This document shows, piece after piece, positions 53,701 through 63,999 of a stretch of DNA of 64,000 nt. The DNA lies in NCBI RefSeq assembly GCF_902652985.1, contig NC_047018.1, forward strand, positions 12,214,001-12,278,000. The letters are read 5' to 3'. The notes beneath the pieces are model-generated. The model ran no database searches. It was not told the DNA's origin and saw nothing but the letters and a program-made list of their open reading frames with translations. A program made the position numbers and the translations under genes. The stretch is from Pecten maximus. Taxonomy: Eukaryota. Each line of letters starts with the position of its first letter. The stretch's first letter is position 1.

Positions 53701-56700
53701 CTTACTAGTGGACTAATATTGCACTATGGTGACCTCCAGTTCAGGCCTGACTAGTGGACTAATATTTAACTATGCTGACGTCAAGTTCAGACCTAACTAG
53801 TGGACTAATATTGCACTATGGTGATCTCCAGTTCAGGCCTGACCAGTGGACTAATATTTCACTTTGCTGACCTCCAGTTCAGGCCTGACCAGTAGATTAA
53901 TATTTCACTATGCTGATGTCCAGTTTGGGCCTGACAGGTGGGCCGATATTTGCAATTGATTTCGTACACTATTAATTAAAATAGGTTATGCTATTTTCGG
54001 TAATATCATGTTAATACCACGACCGATTTAATTGAATCGTATCTATTTTGAATTTACCTTCTTCACTTGTGGGCTAGTAAATTAAATTTATATCTACTTT
54101 CGATGTCTGCGACCTTACCTCCACTGCCTTTGGGTGGTTGCACGCAGCCACCAATACATACACGGTGTCTGTGGGAATGCCGCAAATACCGCCGTCTTTC
54201 AGAATTTCTGTGAAATATAAATAAAACGAACTTGTACACCATTGTCTTAAAAAACAAATCTGAATGAACATAAAATTTAAATTACTCGAGTTGATTCGCG
54301 CTAATTTAAAAACCTTTTTCTATACTAATATGATGTTTGTGTTTCCTCGTACCTGCTGTTTGTTTCACTCCGGTTGCCCGCCTAGGATCCATGAACAGCG
54401 CCCTGTAGCGATCCGAGTGAAGTTTGCTTACTTGGAGGATAGGTTTTCCCAGTGGAAGAATATCCCTCCCCCAGACATTCCTCAGCATTATTGACAAAAC
54501 TCCGTATAGAAAGATCAGAACATACGCTATAGCAACTGTTTTCTCAAACCCACCATAATTACTAGCTTTTAACCCACGCAGCATGAACGCGACAACGAGA
54601 AGGCAAAACACTGAGGAATTCATCACCCAAATTTTATTAACGGTGGTAGACATTCCGAGAAAAAGCAGACCAGTCACTAGGAAACCAACCAAGCCAACCA
54701 CCAGAGGAACTCCCTCTGATCCTTCAATAACATTTAGTGCTCTTAATGACCCCCAAATTGACCAAAAACTCCCATAAAGAAGGAACGAACAACTTTCAAA
54801 TGTCAGCCCTCTAGAGAAACTTACAAAACCTACGACAAATTGAATAAGACCCCCGAAACCTACGGTCCAAGGAAGGATCAATGGATCTGAACCCGAGGGT
54901 ATCCATACTAGAGAAAATGCAGCTACAGCATTGGCCGCGAATCCTACACTTTGGGAGTCAACATACTTGGAATAACCAAGCATTATATCTTCTGAAAGTT
55001 TATTAGAATATGATGAAACGTCTACAGTTTTTCTCGAATTGCCTATGTTTTGGAATATTGTCAGAATTTCTTTGACTTTCGCCCTTTCTGTGATGTTGCT
55101 ACCCAATGGAAACCCTATTTCCAGTCCTACAAGACTGGTGGTGGTGGCTATTAACCCGTAGATTGACAGGAGAACTCCTAACAAACCAATCACCCCTACA
55201 AATGTGCCCTGTAGTCCATCCACACCTAAAGAAAGAGCAAACAGCGACATCATCAGAAAATATATAGACCTAAACAATTCCAGTTTCACTTCTACTATTG
55301 AAATCAAAAAGAAGAACAAAACCAAGACAGCCGATGTGGGAATAATGAAATCCATTTCTCTCCACAAATAGTTTTCCGCCATTAAACTTGACCCCACACC
55401 TAGCCAGAACAACCCAAATATAATGGCGTTGCCTGCATTGTGAGGATCAGACTGTCTAAGTGACGCAATACCGATGACGATTTGGAAAATACCGGAAGTC
55501 AGCAACCATGGAAAGGAAAAGCGTGTGTCAGAAATGATATTGATAACATAACTAGCAAAAGTTGTAAAACAAACAGCATTAAGAGCATACATCATAATTA
55601 GATGATGCTTAAACAATGATTTATGTGACGTTTTCACATTAGTTTCCAAATTGCCCGGGCCAATAGAATTGAAGTGTTTATAATAAGCGGCTACATTTGA
55701 AAGAGAAAAATAAAGAAAAAACAAAGACAGTAGAATCTGAAGAACTGCGGTTCCTTGTAAACTAACAAACATATTAATGATTTCGAACGTTACCAGAACC
55801 ACAGAGATTACTGAGACAACACTACATGACCGGAAGTCCCTGTTAGTTAGTGAAGTGCCCAGGAAAACGAGAAATACCAGCAGTAAGCCGCCATAACCAG
55901 TAAACAAGGCTTCGTGAGGAGATATGTAGTTCTCAGACGATACATTCTGGGAGTAATTGACCTCTGTCCATATGTGATTGACCCCAACGCTTGACCAGAG
56001 CACTGCCAGACAAAGGACGACTGACTGAAGCAACTGTCTGTGATGGGAGGGTGACGTCACACCTGTAACACCCAGTAAGTAAAGTGAAGAGCATAAATAT
56101 ATTTTAGTACGTTGGTGATAATGTAATACTTATCGAACAGATAGTTACGTTATATACAAAGTTTACCGAAGAGAATTGAATACCGTTATATACAAAGTTT
56201 ACCGAAGAGAATTGAATACTTCTCGAGCAGGTAATATGCGATGAATGTAATAATTGATATATCACAAGTGAAAGTGATTTATCTTAATAAACAGGATACA
56301 TACGTACATTGTTTTGTATACGAAGAAAATCATAACGAAGACAAAATAATTTTGATTTTATTTGACATCGAATAAACACTACAGTTTGTTTGCTGCTTAA
56401 GTAAGAAGCGAATAGATAAATGCCACAGTTTGCTGGCTGATCAAGTAAAAAAAAATTAAACGCCACAGTTTCCTGGCTGATCAAGTAAAATAATTTTTTA
56501 AAAAGCGCCAGTTTTCTGGATGATCAAGTAAAATAAATTAACGCAACAGTTTTCTGGCTAATCAAGTAAAAATATAAATAAATAAATAAATAAATAAACT
56601 CCGCAGATAGTTCGAATATCAAAATGAATAACAACAGCGAACCACTTGTCGCAATAAATTCAACGAAAATAGTGCAAAAATAGCATTGAATGAAATTATT

Positions 56701-56911
56701 TATTTATTTATCACATTATGTACAGTAATACAAACTTACCAGTAAGTAGGAATGTCAGGGAGAGGACTACCAGTGAGGCACCGTACGGTATATTGTCTAT
56801 TACTGCCACAGATCGAGATGTCGTAATAGAATTGACAGTGGTGAGAGCTGAGAGAATGCTGGCCACCAAGAACCCAGCCGCCGCGGTCGAGTCCGCGTTG
56901 ATGCCGCTCAT
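50751..56911 (-). CDS. Polytopic membrane protein: ~3 tandem SatP/Ady2 (GPR1/FUN34/YaaH)-like repeats fused to a C-terminal YrdC/Sua5-like domain, 6 exons, ~898 aa
   Basis: Exons 56911-56740, 56062-54353, 54207-54119, 52451-52292, 51506-51301, 51110-50751, all GT-AG with consistent phases (2697 nt). SatP-like GFGGLIQFVVGFVSFSRGLTFESCSFLLYGSFW and GRDILPLG. YrdC-like LKDGGICGIPTDTVY, VWPSNIS, IALRIP, AVTAANPTG, ASTVVD, FRIG. Confidence 0.88.
51937..52285. repeat. 24-bp minisatellite in intron 4 of the fusion gene
   Basis: Unit actatctactgggtaataacaatt. Confidence 0.9.
53134..53950. repeat. 46-bp minisatellite with a 5-monomer higher-order repeat, in intron 3 of the fusion gene
   Basis: Unit tgacctccagttcaggcctgaccagtggactaatatttcactatgc; the variant pattern recurs every ~229 bp (53403, 53632, 53861). 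Confidence 0.93.
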
Positions 56912-57464
56912 TTTCTTAGGCTTTTGGTTGAAAGTTTAGTGTTGATGATACCCTTCACTTTGTGTACCACTTATATATCAAACAGTGTAGAGTACAGGTT
57001 CAGGTAATACCTAGTCAGCCACTATTACTGTGTGTATTTGTTAGAAGACATGTGGTATCGAAAAACAAACTACTGACGATTTTTTTTCTTCTTCCTGGTT
57101 TGCGAAAGTCGGCCTATGATTGGACTTAAAGTCGCTGTCATAAAAGTACACACACATATATAAACATATGTATTAAGATTAGGGTGGAGTATGTCAGGTA
57201 CATTTAGGTATATTTATTTATCACCGATTTCCTGGTATATACCTCGTGGTGGCGAGACACCCAGGGGGCGGTACAGCTGTAGGTCGTAGTTGGCAACAGG
57301 GAACGCCCCCTTCAGGTCATCAATATTCATTGATAGAATGGTAGATATAACAAACAGTGATGAAAGCAAATCCGTGTAATGTGGGGTATATAAACGGGAA
57401 ACAGATATCAGGCTACTTATATTGACCATTTCTATCCTGAAAAGAATCACTTTTGTGTGTAAAG
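56912..57464. promoter_or_regulatory. Putative bidirectional promoter with two outward-facing TATA boxes
   Basis: Minus-strand TATATAAG at 56977-56970, plus-strand TATATAAA at 57387-57394; 553 bp between the two ATGs; GC-rich and kB-like motifs at 57264-57310. Confidence 0.6.
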
Positions 57465-57627
57465 ATGGAGGAGTCTCGAACGAGCGGTCGCGGGCTTCCC
57501 TTCGCGTCCCTACTCTACAGTGAGCCCGGGGCCCTGGGACTCATGGCCAACATCATGTCCGCTCTGATTGTAGCCATCAGTAACATGGTGATAGGAGACG
57601 AAACAAAACTCACTCTCGTTATAGCAG
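57465..57627 (+). CDS. First coding exon of a second SatP/GPR1/FUN34/YaaH-like membrane protein; the gene continues beyond the window
   Basis: MEESRTSGRGLPFASLLYSEPGALGLMANIMSALIVAISNMV...LVIAG followed by CAG|GTAAGT. YSEPGALGLM resembles the family TM1 signature ANPAPLGL. The phase-1 intron is at a similar position to exon 1 of the divergent gene. Confidence 0.65.
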
Positions 57628-57929
57628 GTAAGTGTGAGAACTGTTCTAAATGCGATGTAGAGTATGAATGGTAGTCGATAACAAAAATACTTTGATATAT
57701 ATCATGAAACTGAGTGTAAAAACAAGACATAGTAATGAATGGTTAGTTATCACAAATAATGTCTATTTTCCTTCTTACGAAGATATACATGATAAAAATG
57801 CATACATTGATGAAAAGCTTGATTTAATTTGTACTTTCTTTTCATTTCTATTTATTTTTCGCGCTACCGGTGTACATAATATTGTAAAGTCGAGAATATA
57901 CATGCGGTAGATATACTGTCTTTGTGTAA

Positions 57930-58470
57930 AACTGTATGTTATGCATTTATGATTCTGGTTGCTGGGAGGGCGAGGGAACTATGACTCTACCTTCGAGATA
58001 ATGAACTTTCATATTGTCCTGCAACCAGGGCAATAATGTATTCATTTTACCAAAAAATAGTATTATTTGATGATATCAAAAACCAGAGTCAAGATGATAT
58101 ATAGATATTATTGTATTACAAACTCCTGAGATCTAAGTCGCCAGGTTTTATTTCACGCACCAGATTACTAAGAAACTCTCGGAAACAATTGTCTGGTACA
58201 TTTGTTGACATTTTCGTGTTTTGAACCTTATTGTTTAACATTATTTCATCTATGTCTGCTTCTTCGACCCTCGAAAACGTTTGTGTTTCTGTTCCTCTAT
58301 CATTTGTTTTCAACCGGAAGGGAGACATCTCCGCGCAGAATATGAGGGTCACCATCGGGGCACGCGCTCCAGTGAGATATGAAATTGTATTTCATTCGCG
58401 ACATGAATATACGATGTTTTATTTCCCTGTCACGTGTTGCATTTCAACTAATCACGGATACTGTTACAAA
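57930..58470 (-). mobile_element. Internally deleted Crypton-like element
   Basis: Minus-strand FSRVEEADIDEIMLNNKVQNTKMSTNVPDNCFREFL resembles a Crypton recombinase N-terminus; imperfect hairpin at 57940-58045 (ctggttgc...gcaaccag). Confidence 0.5.
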
Positions 58471-58494
58471 CATGAGGTATACAAATATAATTTT

Positions 58495-59255
58495 CATATC
58501 ATAATACTGCACATTGTCGTTAAGATAATATAATACGGGATATTGTAATATTATAATACTGTACTTTGTAGTATTACTGTACTTTGTAGTATTACAATAC
58601 TATACATTGTAGTTTACATATTATAATACTGCACATTGTCGTTAAGATAATATAATACAGAATATTGTAATATTTTATTACTGTACTGTGTAGTATTACA
58701 ATACTATACATTGTAGTTTATATATTATAATACTGCACATTGTCGTTAAGATAACATAATACAGAATATTGTAATATTATAATACTGTACTTTGTAGTAT
58801 TACAATACTATACATTGTTGTTTACATATCATAATACTGCACATTATTATTATTGTATTATATTACCTCTATAATACTGTATATTGTGATATTATAATGC
58901 TGTGCCTTGTAGTGTTATAATACTGTACATTGTAGTATTATAATACTGCACATTGTAGCATTATAATACTGTACATGGTATTATTAAAATATTGTACATT
59001 GTAATAGTATGATACTGTACAATGTAGTATTATGATAATGTATTTTGAAGTGTTGTAATACTGTATCGTGTAGTATTATAATACTGTACATTGTTGAATT
59101 AAATTTCTTTAGGTTGTAGTATTGTAATTATGTACCTTGTAGTATCATACTATTGTATATTGTAGTATTATAATGCTTTACATTGAGGTATTGTAATACT
59201 CTATATTGTAGTATTACAATACTATTTCTTATAGTATTAGAATACTGACTTGTCA
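58495..59255. repeat. AT-rich degenerate 23-bp minisatellite
   Basis: Unit about attataatactgtacattgtagt. Confidence 0.88.
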
Positions 59256-59279
59256 ATATTGTCAGAAACTGACGAGGGA

Positions 59280-60060
59280 ATCCAGTTCTCTTTAAAAAGT
59301 TCCATCCGTACAGTACAGAATGGAACTTGACTGTTAACCCTGATAAGACTAAATTCCGGATCGTCCAGCCCTTTGCTCGTATCAATAATGTATATAACTT
59401 TACAACAGCGACATTAATGACAGCAGTGATCTTAGGCCCATTCCTACCACATGTTAAAGATTTGTCGAACTAAGGGCTTAATGCACTTTTCGCGATGAAA
59501 ATTATCAAAAGATAGAAGCATTCCCAGTCGAAGTCCAATCTTAATGATTCAATTCGTTAATTAAAACGATACAGCTTACAACTGCGAAATAATTTACATG
59601 GATATGTATCAAAAGTTTTTCTGGGAGCAAGGTAAGGGTTGATGAAAAAGATTTTTGACTAGATCTACCTATCCTACATTGATAATCTCCTCTAGTAAGT
59701 ACAAATGGTAAAGCTTTTTGACTACCTGTCCTACATTGACAAACCCCCTTCTAACAAGTACAAATAGGTAATGCTTTTGACTACTTGACAGATCTCCCCT
59801 CTAACAAGTACAAATGGTAAAGTAAAATACCTATCCTACATTGACAATCCCCTCAAACAAGAACAGCTAATTTCCATGAGGATTTATAGAAGAAAAGTTA
59901 ATTTTGCATCCCGTGGTGAACTTGGTCAACTCCCAATTGATAGTTATATAACTAAAGCCTGCAATTACCTGCTATACATTACGAATAATAATACATATAT
60001 AACTAATCTTGTTTACGAAGCAGTTGTACACAATGCATCAGAAATATCAATGTACAGGAT
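59280..60060 (+). mobile_element. Decayed LINE 3' fragment (same broad clade as the adjacent intact LINE)
   Basis: YSTEWNLTVNPDKTK, GLNALFAMK, NFASRGELGQLPI; broken frames. Confidence 0.6.
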
Positions 60061-60291
60061 TTATAATTCAATTCAATTCAATTCATTTTATTACTTTTGG
60101 CTTGACAGCCAATCAGTGGTGTACAAAACATATTACATAATATTACATATTGTACAGAATACAATTAAAGGATAACATATGAAGATGAACATTAACATTA
60201 TAATATACATATTACATAAGGTACATTATAATATTTACGATTAATCTATATATACATTTATCAATACATTTGCAACATAATTAAACACATA

Positions 60292-63200
60292 TTACATCAT
60301 TCTCTGTTTATTTGCGTGTATAATGAATTTACCTAATCTGTGTAGTTCCTTTATTTTATTTGAGTTCAGTAAATTTAAAACTTTAAAGACAGAAGGTTTG
60401 TACCAGTAATATTTTTTGATAAATTTCTTCCTTATCTCTGAATATTTAGGACATATAAGTAAAAAGTGAAATTCATCCTCAACCTCGTTTTGAGTACAGT
60501 TTATACAAAGTCTATTTTTCCTGTCAATATTTCTACTTCTACCAACTTCTATAGCAAGATTGTGTGCAGACAAGCGTAACTTAGTTATTGCAATTCTATG
60601 TTGTTTATGTAATGACTTGGTTAAATAATATTTTATAGTGACATTGTCTACAAGATACTTATATAAGTCACACTTACTAGAAATACTTAAAGAATTAAAT
60701 ATCGTCTGCTTAGCCTGATCCTCAAGACGCTGTTTAATCAAAGGTAATAATCTGATGTCGGAAGGAGTATGCCTCACCCATATAAAACCCAACCCAAGTT
60801 CAAAAAGTTTCTGTTTTACAAATACTAACCAATTAGATTTTGGATAAACTTTTCCAGTTTCTAGTAACAAAAAACTGTAAACTTCATTCAAGATACAATT
60901 TTCATGACTTAAAAACTTAAACCAATATTTTATCATCCTAAATATGTGCTCATTTGCCAGTGGCAATCGACCTAATTCAACATAAACCATAGCATTACAG
61001 GTAGATTTCTTAACACCAAGTATATTTTTACAAAATTCCAAATGAATTTTTTCTATTACTGTAGAATTATACCTCCCCCATATTTCACAAGAGTAATTTA
61101 AAACACTTCCAACAAATGTATCAAAAAGATTTAACAATGTCTTAATATTTAATTGAAAACGGTTGCATTTGGACCGTAAAGCAAAAAGTGCTTTACGACC
61201 CTGATCAGCCACGTGCTTAACCATATGGGTAAACTTATTATTAAATCTGAACAGGGCACCGAGATAACAAAAATTGTCTACTATATCAATGTTACAGCCA
61301 TTATATTTCCAAAATTCATTGTCTTTTATACGACCACCATTTCTGAAAACAACTATCTTGGTTTTATCCGTATTCACTTCTAGTTTCCATTTTTCGGAGT
61401 ATTCATATAAGTTATTTAAGAGATTTTGAAGACCATCGATTGTTTCAGAGATTAATACTAAATCATCTGCATACAGTAGTAGGAATAAACTCAGTTCTCC
61501 AAAGTCGTAATTGGTGGCACCGTTTTCAATAAAACTATTTTCAAAATCATTAACAAATAAAGAAAAAAGTAACGGGGACAATATTTCGCCTTGCATCAAT
61601 CCGACATTGTTTGTGAAATAATTTGAGCATCTGCCATTAATTAATACACACGACTTTACCAAAGAATAAAGGGACTTAACTGTCTTTAGGAATTTACCTC
61701 TGATGCCCAACTTTGATAATTTATACCACAGACTTACCCTATCAACGTAATCAAATGCCTTACGAAAATCAACAAAACAACAATATAATCTCTTTTTTTC
61801 TGACAAAGTTTTTGAAATAATTGATTGCAAAGCAAAGATAGCGTCCACAGTACTAACTCCAGGACGAAATCCAAATTGAGCGTCAGTTAAAATATTTTGT
61901 TTTGTACATACGTCCAAGAGACGTTTATTAAGTATAGAGGTAAAAAGTTTACATAGACAACTTATCAAACTTATGCCTCTAAAGTTATTTGGGTCCGTAC
62001 AGACACCTTTTTTATGTACAGGTACAATAATTGCAGAGGACCATTCACTTGGGATACATCCTGAATCTAATATATTATTAAATAGTAAATTTAAAACCGG
62101 AAGTAAAAACAATTTTCCCTCAATGAAACATTCATTTAACAATCCGTCTGGACCGTGGGATTTTCCCTTTTTAAGATTAATGATTGATGTTGTTATTTCA
62201 TGGAGTGAAATTGGGTGATCTAGTTCGTCGAATATGACGTCATCACTGATGACGTCATCTATCGCTTCCTCAACATTACTACTACCAGAATTTGCTACTT
62301 GCTTAAAGTGATCAAAAATTTCCGCCATGGACATTTTTGGTTTATTGGGCTTGTTTTTGGCAAAGTTTTTATAAAAACATTTTGGATTGTATTTCCGTAA
62401 AAACTCCAGCCTGTCACCCTCGTAATTTAAATATTGTCTTTTCAATCTAGATTCCAATAATTTATATTGTCTTTTTCTAAGGGTTAGTTCTGTATGGGTT
62501 CTTTCATTTTTGGTATTATTAAAATCATTTAATGCTTTCAAGTATAGTTTACGAAATTTTCGAACTTCATCGTTAAACCATGGTTTATCATCCATGGTCT
62601 TATCTTTTAAAAAATTTACATCAATTGGAGTTTTTTTGGATATATCATCTACAACAACCTTTCGGAAAAATGGATCCATCAAATTCTGTAATTCTTTGGT
62701 AAAATTTTTTGTACAGGTATCAATTGATTCTTGATTAACTTCCCCTGCGATTTTGACATTATCCTTTAATTTATCAGAGTTGATATTCAGAGATTCAATA
62801 AATTGATATTTCAAATCATCATTCCATACATACTTAATATTAATTTTCCCATTAAATTTATCTTCGTAATAAATTGCCTCATTGCGTAAATGTTTAACAA
62901 AAAGTTCTACATGTAACGGGGCGTGGTCAGAAAAACTTGTAAAACTACCAACATTAAACTTTTTGACCAAATCAAATAGAGTGAAAGGCATTAACATATA
63001 ATCAATTACACTCATTCCATTTGTACCACAAAAAGTAAAGTCACTAGAAGCAGATCCAATAGTATCTCTGCCATTTCTGATACGAATACCAGTAGATTTA
63101 CACAAATTTATCAACCTATTACCAAAAACGTTTATACCAGGATCTGGGTTGACCCTTACAGACAGATTTTCATCAGCATCATCACCATTGTATTGAAAAA

Positions 63201-63729
63201 TAGACTCAATATGATTTCTCACATTTTCCTGAATGGTGTCGTATAAGATAAAATCATCAATCGTACGTGTACGGCTATTAAAATCACCAATCAAAATAAC
63301 ACTTTTGGTATCTGAAAGTTCTAGTACTAATGATTCTAACTCCTGGAAAATATCACAGTTATACTGTACATAATATTGTGACGAGCATGGAGGGATATAT
63401 GTAAAAATAACAGTAATGTCTTTATCTTGAGCTATTAATCGGCTATCGATAGTGACCGGTATTAGCGTGTCAAACAAAGGATTTCCAACCGATACATATT
63501 TAGATATCCGATCACTTATCAATAGTACATTACCTCCACCTTGGGTACAACGAGTTAATTTTCTAGGTATGAAAACAGAACTAAAACCGTCAATGGTTAC
63601 AGAATAATCATTGGAGATCCAACATTCGGATAAAAATACAATATCATACGACAAAATGTAACTTTTAAAATTTGGTTCATTTAGCTTCTTGTCAAAACCA
63701 CCATTTATATTCCATGATAATATTTTCAA
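60292..63729 (-). CDS. LINE ORF2: APE endonuclease + reverse transcriptase + C-terminal CCHC finger
   Basis: ILSWNING, FLSECW, IGDFNSR, IDY, SDH (APE); FRGISL, QFGFR, FVDFRKAFD, QGEILSPLLF, LLYADD (RT); CINC...EDEFHFLLIC. The listed start codon is TTG, not ATG. Confidence 0.95.
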   Translation of the reverse strand: MKILSWNINGGFDKKLNEPNFKSYILSYDIVFLSECWISNDYSVTIDGFSSVFIPRKLTRCTQGGGNVLLISDRISKYVSVGNPLFDTLIPVTIDSRLIAQDKDITVIFTYIPPCSSQYYVQYNCDIFQELESLVLELSDTKSVILIGDFNSRTRTIDDFILYDTIQENVRNHIESIFQYNGDDADENLSVRVNPDPGINVFGNRLINLCKSTGIRIRNGRDTIGSASSDFTFCGTNGMSVIDYMLMPFTLFDLVKKFNVGSFTSFSDHAPLHVELFVKHLRNEAIYYEDKFNGKINIKYVWNDDLKYQFIESLNINSDKLKDNVKIAGEVNQESIDTCTKNFTKELQNLMDPFFRKVVVDDISKKTPIDVNFLKDKTMDDKPWFNDEVRKFRKLYLKALNDFNNTKNERTHTELTLRKRQYKLLESRLKRQYLNYEGDRLEFLRKYNPKCFYKNFAKNKPNKPKMSMAEIFDHFKQVANSGSSNVEEAIDDVISDDVIFDELDHPISLHEITTSIINLKKGKSHGPDGLLNECFIEGKLFLLPVLNLLFNNILDSGCIPSEWSSAIIVPVHKKGVCTDPNNFRGISLISCLCKLFTSILNKRLLDVCTKQNILTDAQFGFRPGVSTVDAIFALQSIISKTLSEKKRLYCCFVDFRKAFDYVDRVSLWYKLSKLGIRGKFLKTVKSLYSLVKSCVLINGRCSNYFTNNVGLMQGEILSPLLFSLFVNDFENSFIENGATNYDFGELSLFLLLYADDLVLISETIDGLQNLLNNLYEYSEKWKLEVNTDKTKIVVFRNGGRIKDNEFWKYNGCNIDIVDNFCYLGALFRFNNKFTHMVKHVADQGRKALFALRSKCNRFQLNIKTLLNLFDTFVGSVLNYSCEIWGRYNSTVIEKIHLEFCKNILGVKKSTCNAMVYVELGRLPLANEHIFRMIKYWFKFLSHENCILNEVYSFLLLETGKVYPKSNWLVFVKQKLFELGLGFIWVRHTPSDIRLLPLIKQRLEDQAKQTIFNSLSISSKCDLYKYLVDNVTIKYYLTKSLHKQHRIAITKLRLSAHNLAIEVGRSRNIDRKNRLCINCTQNEVEDEFHFLLICPKYSEIRKKFIKKYYWYKPSVFKVLNLLNSNKIKELHRLGKFIIHANKQRMM

Positions 63730-63774
63730 GTCACTATCGGGAACAGACTGTCTATGTGACTCCTCCCGACACCC

Positions 63775-63999
63775 CTATCTGGGAGTGGAAGATTTACGCC
63801 TCCTCTTATTGTCGGGGCGACTAGTTGTCGGAGTGGCCTCCAGCGCGTCGCGGTATGAACGTCCATGATCAGGCGCGGTTCCAGCATTCCTACCATTTCG
63901 TTCGCGATTACCTTTTGCCGCAGTATCACCAGTTTGTCCAGTTGTGTAAAGTTTACCGTCAATATAAAGTTTGTCGCGGACTAAACGAGTATTATGTCC
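63775..63999 (-). CDS. C-terminal part of LINE ORF1 (L1-ORF1/Transposase_22-like)
   Basis: GHNTRLVRDKLYIDGKLYTTG...NKRRRKSSTPR* with TAG at 63777-63775, open to the window edge. Confidence 0.75.
   Translation of the reverse strand, partial: GHNTRLVRDKLYIDGKLYTTGQTGDTAAKGNRERNGRNAGTAPDHGRSYRDALEATPTTSRPDNKRRRKSSTPR

Noticed and set aside
12755-57627. Bacterial contamination as the source of the PrpD-, SatP-, YrdC- and PhyH-like sequences
   Set aside because: The genes have spliceosomal introns and are embedded among animal TEs and satellites.
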